The position numbers were made by a program, and so were the translations under genes. Source: Nitrosopumilus maritimus SCM1 (GTDB lineage: Archaea > Thermoproteota > Nitrososphaeria > Nitrososphaerales > Nitrosopumilaceae). From it: a stretch of 32,000 nt of DNA. Shown one piece after another: positions 15,702-24,225 of the stretch (position 1 is the first letter of the stretch; every line of letters starts with the position of its first letter). The notes beneath the pieces were generated by a model. The model worked only from the letters and a program-made list of their open reading frames with translations. It had not been told where the DNA came from and did not search any database. Location of the stretch: positions 1,320,001 through 1,352,000 of the forward strand of contig NC_010085.1 of the NCBI RefSeq assembly GCF_000018465.1, read 5' to 3'.

Positions 15702-16520
15702 ATGACAACAAATCCCGTAATGCTTGATTCAGATTTCAAGTATATCGACAAGAAAGGAAATCTAATGAAGACTAGAACAGAGTTGACAGTAGCACAAATG
15801 CTAGACTTTCTTGAAGACGAATACCAGTACAATCACAAAGTTACATTGAAAAGTGGAACTGAAGTTACAGTTGATTTCAAAACTGACAAGGGACTAATTG
15901 AAGTAATTGACAATGAAGAGGACATTGCAAAGTACAAACAGATCAAAGAAGACTTTCCTGATCAAAAAGTAATGGCAATTGGACACGGAAAGTATGCTGC
16001 ACAGCTAAAAGAGTTGCAAGATATTGTATTTTATGATAAATCACCACAAACAGGTTCTATCTTTTTGGATGATGGATCATTTGCATTTGATTATGCACAC
16101 ATCTTGCCACTAGTTGAGAAATGTTCGATTCTACATGGACATACATCATCTGTAATGGTGGAATTGGTTGGACAGATGAAAGACAATCTACTTGTAGACT
16201 TTGGAGAAGCAAAAAGAATTGTCAAAGATGTATTGACTGCATTTGATCACAAGTTTTTCATTAATAGAAAGTACATGAAATCTGAAGATGATTCTCATTA
16301 TGTAATAAAATTTGAAGGACCTAAAGGAATGTTTGAGTTACAAGTTCCAAAACATACAACATATCTTTTAGAAGGAGAAGCTACTGTAGAGAATTTATCA
16401 AGTGAGCTTATCAAATTACTAGCACCTAAGATGCCATCAAACGTTGAAGCTGTTGGCGTTTACATTTACGAGGGATACAACAAGGGTTCCCACATTATAT
16501 CAAACATCTCAAAAGATTAA
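15702..16520 (+). CDS. 6-pyruvoyl-tetrahydropterin synthase (PTPS/QueD)-like protein with extra N-terminal domain
   Basis: The C-terminal half FDYAHILPLVEKCSILHGHTSSVMVELVG...LLVDFGEAKRIVKDVLTAFDHKFFIN matches the PTPS pattern (AaH-L...C..LHGH.y.v.V..G...DF..lk..v......DH..lN). The N-terminal ~125 aa are unassigned. Confidence 0.7.
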   Translation: MTTNPVMLDSDFKYIDKKGNLMKTRTELTVAQMLDFLEDEYQYNHKVTLKSGTEVTVDFKTDKGLIEVIDNEEDIAKYKQIKEDFPDQKVMAIGHGKYAAQLKELQDIVFYDKSPQTGSIFLDDGSFAFDYAHILPLVEKCSILHGHTSSVMVELVGQMKDNLLVDFGEAKRIVKDVLTAFDHKFFINRKYMKSEDDSHYVIKFEGPKGMFELQVPKHTTYLLEGEATVENLSSELIKLLAPKMPSNVEAVGVYIYEGYNKGSHIISNISKD

Positions 16521-16644
16521 GAATTAAGCCTAAACTATGCAAAACTATGCAGTTTTTTTCTAAAATGAGTTGATTTTGTGTTGACCCCGAATCAACAATT
16601 TACCACGTAAAGATCGTAATAGCACCATATACCTTAAGGGAATT

Positions 16645-17190
16645 ATGGCACAGGTTTTAGAAAAAAAGGGAGGACCATACCCAAAAAATAAGAAAATTAA
16701 GCGACAAAATGAGGTATTTCGTTTACATTTTGATTTAGGTTATTCTGCAGTAAAAATTTCTGAAATGATGAATGTTAATCGTAACACCGTTAATGGGGAC
16801 ATCCATTATTGGTATGGAATTCTTTCAAAAGAATGGGAGAGTTATGATATTGAAGCATGGCATATGAAACAGGTTCACAGATTAGAGTCTCAGAGAACCA
16901 GATTGTTTCAAGAGTTGGAAAAGACTACAGAAACCACAGTAAAGTTATCTATTGAAAGAATGATTTTGGATATTGATATCAAAATGACAAACTTTGTTTC
17001 AAAATCAGTGTATACTCAAGATTGGTTGAGAGATAGATCAGTAGCTTGGATCAATAAATGGGCAAAAGAGAACAATTCAAAGTATAGATTACTTGATGCA
17101 AATGCAGCTTGGTATACTAGTGAAGAGATTACTGAAAAGGTTCGTAAATTAATTCATGATGGTAAGATTGAGAAACGTGGAAAGATTTGA
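16645..17190 (+). CDS. hypothetical protein with putative N-terminal helix-turn-helix
   Basis: 181 aa. RQNEVFRLHFDLGYSAVKISEMMNVNRNTVNGDIHYW looks like a three-helix HTH (resolvase/terminase-small-subunit style). The remainder is helical and unassigned. Confidence 0.45.
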   Translation: MAQVLEKKGGPYPKNKKIKRQNEVFRLHFDLGYSAVKISEMMNVNRNTVNGDIHYWYGILSKEWESYDIEAWHMKQVHRLESQRTRLFQELEKTTETTVKLSIERMILDIDIKMTNFVSKSVYTQDWLRDRSVAWINKWAKENNSKYRLLDANAAWYTSEEITEKVRKLIHDGKIEKRGKI

Positions 17191-17218
17191 TCATTTATCT
17201 TTAATGTAAAAAACAACA

Positions 17219-17626
17219 TCAGATGGGATAGTGAGGCATAAGATCCCTTGCAAGAAACTTTTTGATGTCGCCACCTTTTTCGTTCTGATAACCTACAACA
17301 CATTCTGAACCTCCAAGTTCAAAAATCCAGTCCATGCAGCTACCACAAGGTGTGAATTGTGTCCTTTGTGCCACCACAAGAATCGCCGTTAACTTTGTGC
17401 AGCCGCTTGATACCAAAGATGATATTGCTGAAACCTCTGCATGTATGTCGTGTGAACGGAATTTGTGTTCTATGTTGCATCCGGAAAAAATTTTCCCTTC
17501 TCCGGAAACCACTGCTGCACCAACCTGCGTCTTTCCAAGAACTCGTGCATTGGAATGAGAGTTCCAAGCAATTTCAGACATCTGATTCCAAATAGATTCT
17601 TCGACCAAGACACTCAACTTTTCCAT
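17219..17626 (-). CDS. cdd: cytidine/deoxycytidylate deaminase family protein (small CDA-like)
   Basis: Zinc-binding motifs HAEVSAI (H-A-E) and TPCGSCMDW (PCxxC) have the correct spacing in a 135-aa protein. Its ATG lies inside the last 13 nt of the upstream NACHT gene. Confidence 0.8.
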   Translation of the reverse strand: MEKLSVLVEESIWNQMSEIAWNSHSNARVLGKTQVGAAVVSGEGKIFSGCNIEHKFRSHDIHAEVSAISSLVSSGCTKLTAILVVAQRTQFTPCGSCMDWIFELGGSECVVGYQNEKGGDIKKFLARDLMPHYPI

Positions 17627-20079
17627 TCACCCTTTTTGTATTTTGATAATCGTTCTTCCCAATCTTCATCATGCACATGATCTGATTTTGATTCCTTTAC
17701 CTTTTCGAGCAAGGGAATCACAGACTCATCCCATTGCCCATATGCATTTCTGTAAAAGACTGTCTTTCCAATTTCATCAAGAATGTTTTTCCTTAATTTC
17801 GAAGCCATATTTCCTAATTTGTCTAGGATATCTTTACGCATATCCGCATCTTCAGTGATTGCAGCCATTTCCACCAATGCACGAGCAGCACCATATCGTA
17901 CCCAATGATAGGGGTCTGTTTCTAGAGCAATGAATAGTAGTTTTTTATTTTCCTCTGAGGGGCACTTTCCAAGTGGATGAATAATCCTCCATCTACGGGT
18001 GTTCTGATTTGGAACATCTGCATCAGAATAATCATACATGTCTCTTAGATCTTTTTGGTTTTCCTCACTTAGATTGCATTCACGTAAAACATTTGATGCA
18101 GTCCAACCAATCAAAGAATTGTCAGATTTTAACAACTTGAGAGTTTCATCATTGATTTCTGAATCACGTTTAATGGTAAACAATTGTTTCCATTCATCAA
18201 ACAAATCTGATTCAGATTTCATGACACTTATCATATCTATTAATTCTTTAAGATTATTTGCTTTAGTCAATTGTTCACCAAAGGTTTTCTCATAATCTCC
18301 CAAGTGATTTTTTGCAGATTCAGAAGTTTCATAACCATTATCAAATTGTTTTTGTGCAACCAATACTAACATTGCAGTAACTATATCTTCAGAATGATTG
18401 TTAATTCCTAACTTGGAATTTAATATGATGGATGCAATTGCAGCTTTCCAATTCCAATCATATACCTCCAACAAAAATCTGTCAGCAAGTTCTTTATTTT
18501 CGATCTGTTGCATTACCAGATGGATAGATTCTAGTGAACTGGACTCCAAAGTAGCTATGTCAAATTCATCTACATCCCAATTCTCTGGGTGTGATGCCAA
18601 ATATTCGGATACAAGAAAATCATGTAATAATTGATGACTAAATGTTGCATGGGTGTCACTTGTCGTAAATGCCGCACCTCCACCTAACAGTTTATCAAAT
18701 GTCTCTTGTCCTGTAATCTCTACAAAGTTTTTCAACTCAAATGATACCGAACCTTCTTGATATGCAAAAAATGACGCTTTTGCTAATTTCTTCATTTCCT
18801 CCTCATTCATCTTCAATCTCTCTTTGAAGAAATCATTTAGTACGGAAGATTCAGAAGTCATAGAAGCTGAACATCTCTCCATGGCAATATTGAGAAAGAA
18901 TGGTCTGGATAACAAACTCATGCTTACATCATTCAACTCATATTGTTCTTTACCAATAGTAATGTCTAGATTTTTTCTTATCTCTTCTTCACTCAAAGGA
19001 TTCAATGTAATTTTGTTCCATCCTGTAAGTGCACCACGTACATCCATCCTGTCCGTTAGCAGAACATATGTGTGAGGAGAAGTTTGTCTTACATATTCTC
19101 CTACATCTTGAATTATTTTTTCTGTTAATTCACCAAAATCGCCTGATTTGAATTCATTTATGCCATCAATCACTATTATGACATCTCCCTCAAAACTTTT
19201 GAGACGTTCCACTGTAATTTCCACACTAGACATTTTCAGCAGTTTGTCTATGCGTGACTCAGCACTTTCATCTCTCGCATCCTCCAATTCTTTAAAAAAT
19301 TCTGTTTCACTTCCATTAATGGGGATAAAAACAGGAAGAACCTTTTCTTTAACAATAGATTTGAGAAACTCTGTAACTGTGTTACTCTTTCCGCTTCCTG
19401 CAGCGCCTTTTAGGATTACTTTTCTTTTTGATTTTATGATTGAATGTAATTCAGTTATTGGAAATTTTTCTCCGTTTTCATCAGAAAATGTAATCCCAAA
19501 CTTATGTTCTGGTGGGGGTTTAGCTTCAAGTTTTGTAGTAAGTTCTTTAAGATATGATAAAAGGTTTAGATTTCCTTGCTGAAATTGTTGATCTTGGTCT
19601 CCAGAATCTTTTGTAACAGTTTGTTCATGAACTTCTTTAAGTATTCCAATTGCTTTATCCATTTTACTATCTAACTTTGTGGCAATATTCAGAATTTTTT
19701 GATTATATGCTGTCATAATTTTCTGAAAAGATGTTTCAGCTCCTTCCATCTCAATTTTTTGTTTTATTTCTGTTAACAGTTTTTCTGAATCAAATTTGTA
19801 TTCTGTATCTTGAAATGCATTTTCTAGTCCTTTAAGCAGGTTCAGGAAGTCTTGAACAGATCCTTCAGATAATTTTTTGAAATTGTCTGAAAATTCTTGT
19901 TTTGACAAAACATCAATTAGTATATCTCTACTTTCTGGATATTTGGCGCCAAATTCATCAATAATTTCTGTACGATATTCATTCCAATTCCACTTGAATG
20001 ATTTTTGAGCAAACTTGAATATCATTTCTGCAAGGGATAGTCCTAATCCTATCTCAGAAGACATGTTTTCTTCATTCAT
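17614..20079 (-). CDS. STAND NTPase: unassigned N-terminal helical domain + NACHT-type P-loop + C-terminal HEAT-like repeats
   Basis: Walker A is VILKGAAGSGKSNTV and Walker B is DVIIVIDGINEF (the NACHT-style hhhhDGhxE). The C-terminus has DPYHWVRYGAARALVEMAA (PBS-lyase/HEAT-like). The first ~215 aa are helical with no motif I recognise. Confidence 0.75.
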   Translation of the reverse strand: MNEENMSSEIGLGLSLAEMIFKFAQKSFKWNWNEYRTEIIDEFGAKYPESRDILIDVLSKQEFSDNFKKLSEGSVQDFLNLLKGLENAFQDTEYKFDSEKLLTEIKQKIEMEGAETSFQKIMTAYNQKILNIATKLDSKMDKAIGILKEVHEQTVTKDSGDQDQQFQQGNLNLLSYLKELTTKLEAKPPPEHKFGITFSDENGEKFPITELHSIIKSKRKVILKGAAGSGKSNTVTEFLKSIVKEKVLPVFIPINGSETEFFKELEDARDESAESRIDKLLKMSSVEITVERLKSFEGDVIIVIDGINEFKSGDFGELTEKIIQDVGEYVRQTSPHTYVLLTDRMDVRGALTGWNKITLNPLSEEEIRKNLDITIGKEQYELNDVSMSLLSRPFFLNIAMERCSASMTSESSVLNDFFKERLKMNEEEMKKLAKASFFAYQEGSVSFELKNFVEITGQETFDKLLGGGAAFTTSDTHATFSHQLLHDFLVSEYLASHPENWDVDEFDIATLESSSLESIHLVMQQIENKELADRFLLEVYDWNWKAAIASIILNSKLGINNHSEDIVTAMLVLVAQKQFDNGYETSESAKNHLGDYEKTFGEQLTKANNLKELIDMISVMKSESDLFDEWKQLFTIKRDSEINDETLKLLKSDNSLIGWTASNVLRECNLSEENQKDLRDMYDYSDADVPNQNTRRWRIIHPLGKCPSEENKKLLFIALETDPYHWVRYGAARALVEMAAITEDADMRKDILDKLGNMASKLRKNILDEIGKTVFYRNAYGQWDESVIPLLEKVKESKSDHVHDEDWEERLSKYKKGEWKS

Positions 20080-20091
20080 AATCCTACAATA

Positions 20092-20126
20092 AAATCATTC
20101 ATACAATAATATTTCATGAATGATTT
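20092..20126. promoter_or_regulatory. perfect 11-bp inverted repeat just upstream of the NACHT gene start
   Basis: AAATCATTCAT (20092-20102) and ATGAATGATTT (20116-20126) are separated by 13 nt, 13-47 nt upstream of the ATG at 20079. The arm sequence ATGAATGA also forms the first codons of the gene. A second small palindrome ATATCT/AGATAT lies at about 20131-20149. Confidence 0.45.
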
Positions 20127-20204
20127 CCTGATATCTGAAATATAGATATGTACTCTATTAACAACACAAAATTCTCTCAAGATCTATCAGAAACTCCAAT
20201 CGTA

Positions 20205-21287
20205 TTATTTGAGATTTTTTCTTATTTCATGTGCTAATGATTCTGCCACCAAAGGAGGAACTGCATCTGCAATTTGCTGATATTGTGAATTATTTGTGCC
20301 AAAAAATCTGAATGAGTCTGGAAAACTCTGTATTCTAGCTGCCTCTCTTACAGATATTATTCTATTTTCTTTAGGATGTAACAACATAGCTCGTCTTGCA
20401 TGAACAATTGTAGGAGTTGTATGTTGATAAGATAAACGTCTATAGATATTACCATGAAGAGAATTTTTATTTTTGAATCTAGATTTTGTTTTTTTAGATA
20501 GTGTTTTCCATGAATCAAGTAAACTTCTTCCTTCGTTAATTTCAGAAATTGTATTGATTACATCTTCTCCGTGTTTCGTACACCAATGATTGTACAAGTT
20601 ATTGATGTTTCCTCCTAATTTTTTTCCATATGGGGAATTAAATTTTTTAGGATGTTTCATAATTTCGTTTCCAGATGTACCTTGTTTTATAGAAGGTAAT
20701 CCTGAAATGACATCAAAAAGATTATCGCATGAAACAGGAATTTTGATCAAATTCAAATTACATTCATGTCCATTCAAAAAACCTGTTACAAAGAGTCGTT
20801 TTCGTTTTTGTGGAAGTCCTGCTTTTTCACAATCAATCACAGATACGCTCAGAATGTATCCTAATTTTTTAAAATCATTGAGGAATTTTTTCCAACCTGG
20901 GAGATTTCTAAAATTGGTAACATTTTCAAATAAAAATGCCTGAGGTTTTAATTCAGATATTATTCTGAAATAATGATTTATAGCATTTGCAAAGGGATGA
21001 TTTTTGCCATTATTTTGTTTATTTGCATTTGAATAAGGTTGACAAGGAGGTCCTCCTATTACACAAAATCTCTCTTTTGATGTGATTTTTTTTAGTTCGT
21101 TTGATTTTATGTTTTTTATATCATCTACAATTAATTTAGTCTCCTTGAAATTTTTTGAATATGTTTCAGCAGCACTCTTATCAAATTCCACTGCTGCAAT
21201 GACTTTGAACCCTGCATTCTTAAATCCTAAACTTAATCCACCTGAACCTGCAAATAGATCGATAACGCCAATTTCTTCTTTCCTCAT
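20205..21287 (-). CDS. DNA (cytosine-5)-methyltransferase
   Basis: All conserved m5C MTase blocks are readable. They are I DLFAGSGGLSLGF, IV GGPPCQPYS, VI FLFENV, VIII QKRKRLF, IX SVREAARIQSFPDSFRF and X QIADAVPPLVAESLA. Confidence 0.93.
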   Translation of the reverse strand: MRKEEIGVIDLFAGSGGLSLGFKNAGFKVIAAVEFDKSAAETYSKNFKETKLIVDDIKNIKSNELKKITSKERFCVIGGPPCQPYSNANKQNNGKNHPFANAINHYFRIISELKPQAFLFENVTNFRNLPGWKKFLNDFKKLGYILSVSVIDCEKAGLPQKRKRLFVTGFLNGHECNLNLIKIPVSCDNLFDVISGLPSIKQGTSGNEIMKHPKKFNSPYGKKLGGNINNLYNHWCTKHGEDVINTISEINEGRSLLDSWKTLSKKTKSRFKNKNSLHGNIYRRLSYQHTTPTIVHARRAMLLHPKENRIISVREAARIQSFPDSFRFFGTNNSQYQQIADAVPPLVAESLAHEIRKNLK

Positions 21288-21363
21288 ATTTTTAATAAAT
21301 TAAATCTGGATAAAAATCAAGTCCTGCAAGATTTATGTCATACCATGTTATTTTCATAATTAC

Positions 21364-22236
21364 ATGGCCTTATTTTTTAATGACCCAAAATTCCATACAA
21401 TCTATGAAAAAATAATGGATCTCAATGAATTGGTTTGGGAGAATAAATTAGATCCCTTTATGATTGAACAATGGCTAGAAAACTTTGATACTAAATCTGA
21501 TAAATTAGAAATGTTGGAATTGTTATCTAAATTTACTTATTACAATGAAAAAGAAATTTCTTCTCTTCTCACGTCCTCTTTTGAACTCTTGAAAAGCTAT
21601 TTGAGTTTGATTCACCTAAATCAAAAAATTGAAATTAGTGATTTGAATGAATTTGTGAAAAACAACTGTTATTTCGTTGGGACATGGGAAAATCCCAGTA
21701 AAAGTGGAGTTCATCTTTTATATGATTTTAGAGTTTTAAACAAATTACCCCCCAGAATTTTTTGTAACACTGTAAAAGATGTTCCAAAAAATGCACCGTT
21801 TGTTATTTTTCTTGACGATATTGCTGGTAGTGGAAGACAGGCCAGCGACTTCTGGAATCTACGAGTAATAAAGGAAAGAAAACATCTAACAAATACGAAA
21901 TTTCTCTATTTGGTATTGGTTGGAAATGAAAAGGGTATTGAGTATATTGAGACAAAAACTAAGATCAAAGTTCTTCCAGTGGTAAAATTAGATGATAGAT
22001 ACAAATTATTTTCAAAATCATCTATTTATTTCCCTGACAAAAAAAAGAGGCAAAAAGTACAAAAAATTTGTGAAAAATATGGGAAGAGACTATATGCCAA
22101 TAACCCTCTAGGTTTTGCAAATTCTCAAATGTTAATAGGCTTCCATCATAATATACCTGATAATACGTTACCAATAATATGGGAAAATAAAAATAACTGG
22201 GATCCAATATTCCCACGTTTTGGAGCTGTGGTGTAA
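21364..22236 (+). CDS. phosphoribosyltransferase (PRTase)-fold-like protein, first gene of three-gene operon
   Basis: 290 aa. The hydrophobic-DD-small-GSG loop PFVIFLDDIAGSGRQASDFW resembles the PRPP-binding loop of type I PRTases (hhhhDD-x-x-T/S-G-x-T). The preceding YFVGTWENPSKSGVHLLYDF resembles the PRTase core. The N-terminal ~110 aa are helical and unassigned. Confidence 0.45.
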   Translation: MALFFNDPKFHTIYEKIMDLNELVWENKLDPFMIEQWLENFDTKSDKLEMLELLSKFTYYNEKEISSLLTSSFELLKSYLSLIHLNQKIEISDLNEFVKNNCYFVGTWENPSKSGVHLLYDFRVLNKLPPRIFCNTVKDVPKNAPFVIFLDDIAGSGRQASDFWNLRVIKERKHLTNTKFLYLVLVGNEKGIEYIETKTKIKVLPVVKLDDRYKLFSKSSIYFPDKKKRQKVQKICEKYGKRLYANNPLGFANSQMLIGFHHNIPDNTLPIIWENKNNWDPIFPRFGAVV

Positions 22237-22241
22237 AGAGC

Positions 22242-24224
22242 ATGCAAATTAGAAATCCCTTTGAAGAAGTAAATGCAAATAATCTAGATGATGATGAAAT
22301 CTTAGATTTTTGGATTAAACCTGAGGGTATTTTCAACAAACAGCTTGAGGGAATCAAATTAACTGGTCTCACTCCATTGTTTTTATTTGGTGGAAGGGGT
22401 ACTGGAAAAACTACCGTTTTAAAATACATGTCATTTGATCTACAACAAAAAGAATTTCTTAAAAAAAATACTGACATGAAAAATTTCTTAACAAAAAATA
22501 ATTTCATAGGAATTTATCATAGATTTGATGGTCCACAACTGGACGCATTTAATGCAGGACCAGATGATCGAAAATGTCTTGAAGCATTTCGATTTTTTAT
22601 TGAACTTGTACTATCACAAAATTTCCTTTGGATTGTTGAAAAACTTCTAGAAAACAAATCCATCACTTCAAAATTTAATGAAAAAACCCTATGTGCTAAT
22701 ATCTCTGAATTAATTTTTGGCAAAAAAATCACATCTTTGTCTACCATCTCAAAAATTAGGAAAAAATTAGGAACTATTCAGTATTCCTTAGAGAAAGCAC
22801 GAGATAAATCTGCAATAGATGGAAAAGAAATTGATATTAAAAATATAATTCCTAGAGGTAGACTAATTTTCGATCTACAAAATGAAATCACAAAAACTAT
22901 TCAAGAACTCAAAAACATAAAAATTCTTTATTTGTTTGATGAGTATGAAAATCTCACATATGATCAACAATTACTTTTCAATACTCTGATCAAACATAGG
23001 AAATTCAATGTAAGTTTCAAAATTGGTTCTCGTTTAAAGGGTGTGAAAACTTACGATACATTAACAACTGAGGAATATCTTAGAGAACCTGCTGATTATA
23101 GAAAAATAATCTTTGAAAATATTCTAAATGTCTCGTCATTAGAATACAAAAAAATTCTTATTAAAATTGCTGAAAAACGCTTACGTCACATTCCTGAATT
23201 TAAATCAAAGAATCTAACCGATATTAAAAAAATCCTGGGCTATAGCCTTTCACCTGAACAAGAAGCCAATAGGATTGTTAACTCTAGCAAAGACAAACGA
23301 AAACATTTCTACAAAATTGAAAAACACAAAAAAACTTCAATTAGTGAAAAAACAATATCTGACTTAAAATGTGAAGGAAGGCCATTAATTGAAAAACTGA
23401 ATATGATGTTATTAAATCGAAACTATCCAATATCTAAAATCAAACTAATGATGAACCATTTTGTTTCTAGAAACTCAAAATCAAGTTATCATAAACAATA
23501 CAAAAATCTCTATGACAAAAACAAAGTTGCTTTATTGTTTCAATTGATATCTGACTACAGACCTAGGGAGAAACAATATTCTGGATTTGATACTTATGTG
23601 AGTCTTTCTTCTGGTATCATAAGGACTTTCCTAGAATTATGTTTTCATGCATTTCATTTTGCAATATTTGCCGAACAAAAGAATTTGTTATCTGGTAAAC
23701 CAATATCTCACGAATTACAAAATGATGCTGCAAAATTAATGTCACAGAAATATTATGAAGAAATTGCAGTGATTCCTAAAGGCTATGGGGTGTTTGTTGC
23801 TAGATTAGTTGATAACATTGGTTCAATTTTACGTGGATTACATAAAGATCCTCTAATTTCTGAACCTGAACCCACATACTTTACAATTGAATATGAAAAT
23901 CTTGATTTGAAAACTAGAAGTGTTATTGACACTGCAGAACAATGGTCAATTTTACAACGAACTATTTCTATGAAGCCAAAAGCAAAATTACAAGCACATC
24001 TAACTGATTTTCATATTAATAGAATGTTCTGTCCAAAATATTCAATTTCATATCGTAGACGAGGTAGAACATTAATCACTCCATCTGAAATACACATTCT
24101 AACATTTGGGAATGAACAAGAACAAAAAACTATTCGTGAATTAGTTAGTAGAGAAAAAGAAGTTAGAAAGGCTAGGAAAGTCAGAGACCAAGGACAACCC
24201 AAAATTATTGATTTTTTAGATTAA
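22242..24224 (+). CDS. P-loop ATPase (AAA/ORC-Cdc6-like N-terminal domain) with large unassigned C-terminal region
   Basis: Walker A is LFLFGGRGTGKTTVLKYM and Walker B is KILYLFDEYENL. It starts 5 nt after the upstream stop. About 400 C-terminal residues carry no motif I recognise. Confidence 0.65.
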   Translation: MQIRNPFEEVNANNLDDDEILDFWIKPEGIFNKQLEGIKLTGLTPLFLFGGRGTGKTTVLKYMSFDLQQKEFLKKNTDMKNFLTKNNFIGIYHRFDGPQLDAFNAGPDDRKCLEAFRFFIELVLSQNFLWIVEKLLENKSITSKFNEKTLCANISELIFGKKITSLSTISKIRKKLGTIQYSLEKARDKSAIDGKEIDIKNIIPRGRLIFDLQNEITKTIQELKNIKILYLFDEYENLTYDQQLLFNTLIKHRKFNVSFKIGSRLKGVKTYDTLTTEEYLREPADYRKIIFENILNVSSLEYKKILIKIAEKRLRHIPEFKSKNLTDIKKILGYSLSPEQEANRIVNSSKDKRKHFYKIEKHKKTSISEKTISDLKCEGRPLIEKLNMMLLNRNYPISKIKLMMNHFVSRNSKSSYHKQYKNLYDKNKVALLFQLISDYRPREKQYSGFDTYVSLSSGIIRTFLELCFHAFHFAIFAEQKNLLSGKPISHELQNDAAKLMSQKYYEEIAVIPKGYGVFVARLVDNIGSILRGLHKDPLISEPEPTYFTIEYENLDLKTRSVIDTAEQWSILQRTISMKPKAKLQAHLTDFHINRMFCPKYSISYRRRGRTLITPSEIHILTFGNEQEQKTIRELVSREKEVRKARKVRDQGQPKIIDFLD

Positions 24225-24225
24225 A

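Noticed and set aside
17334-17680. Cluster of five 70-80-aa ORFs in several frames (track entries 17334-17558, 17340-17567, 17359-17595, 17465-17680, 17643-17858)
   Set aside because: All overlap the well-supported deaminase gene or the NACHT 3' end. They are explained by locally higher GC (fewer stop codons), not by real genes.
18038-19582. Plus-strand ORFs (85, 78, 83, 144 aa) antisense to the NACHT gene, and similar antisense ORFs at 20590-21303, 22022-22507, 22517-22747, 24011-24202 and 24444-24803
   Set aside because: These are Ser/Leu/Phe-rich low-complexity translations with no motifs. Each lies wholly or mostly (22022-22507 spans the A/B gene junction) inside longer ORFs that carry clear catalytic motifs on the other strand.
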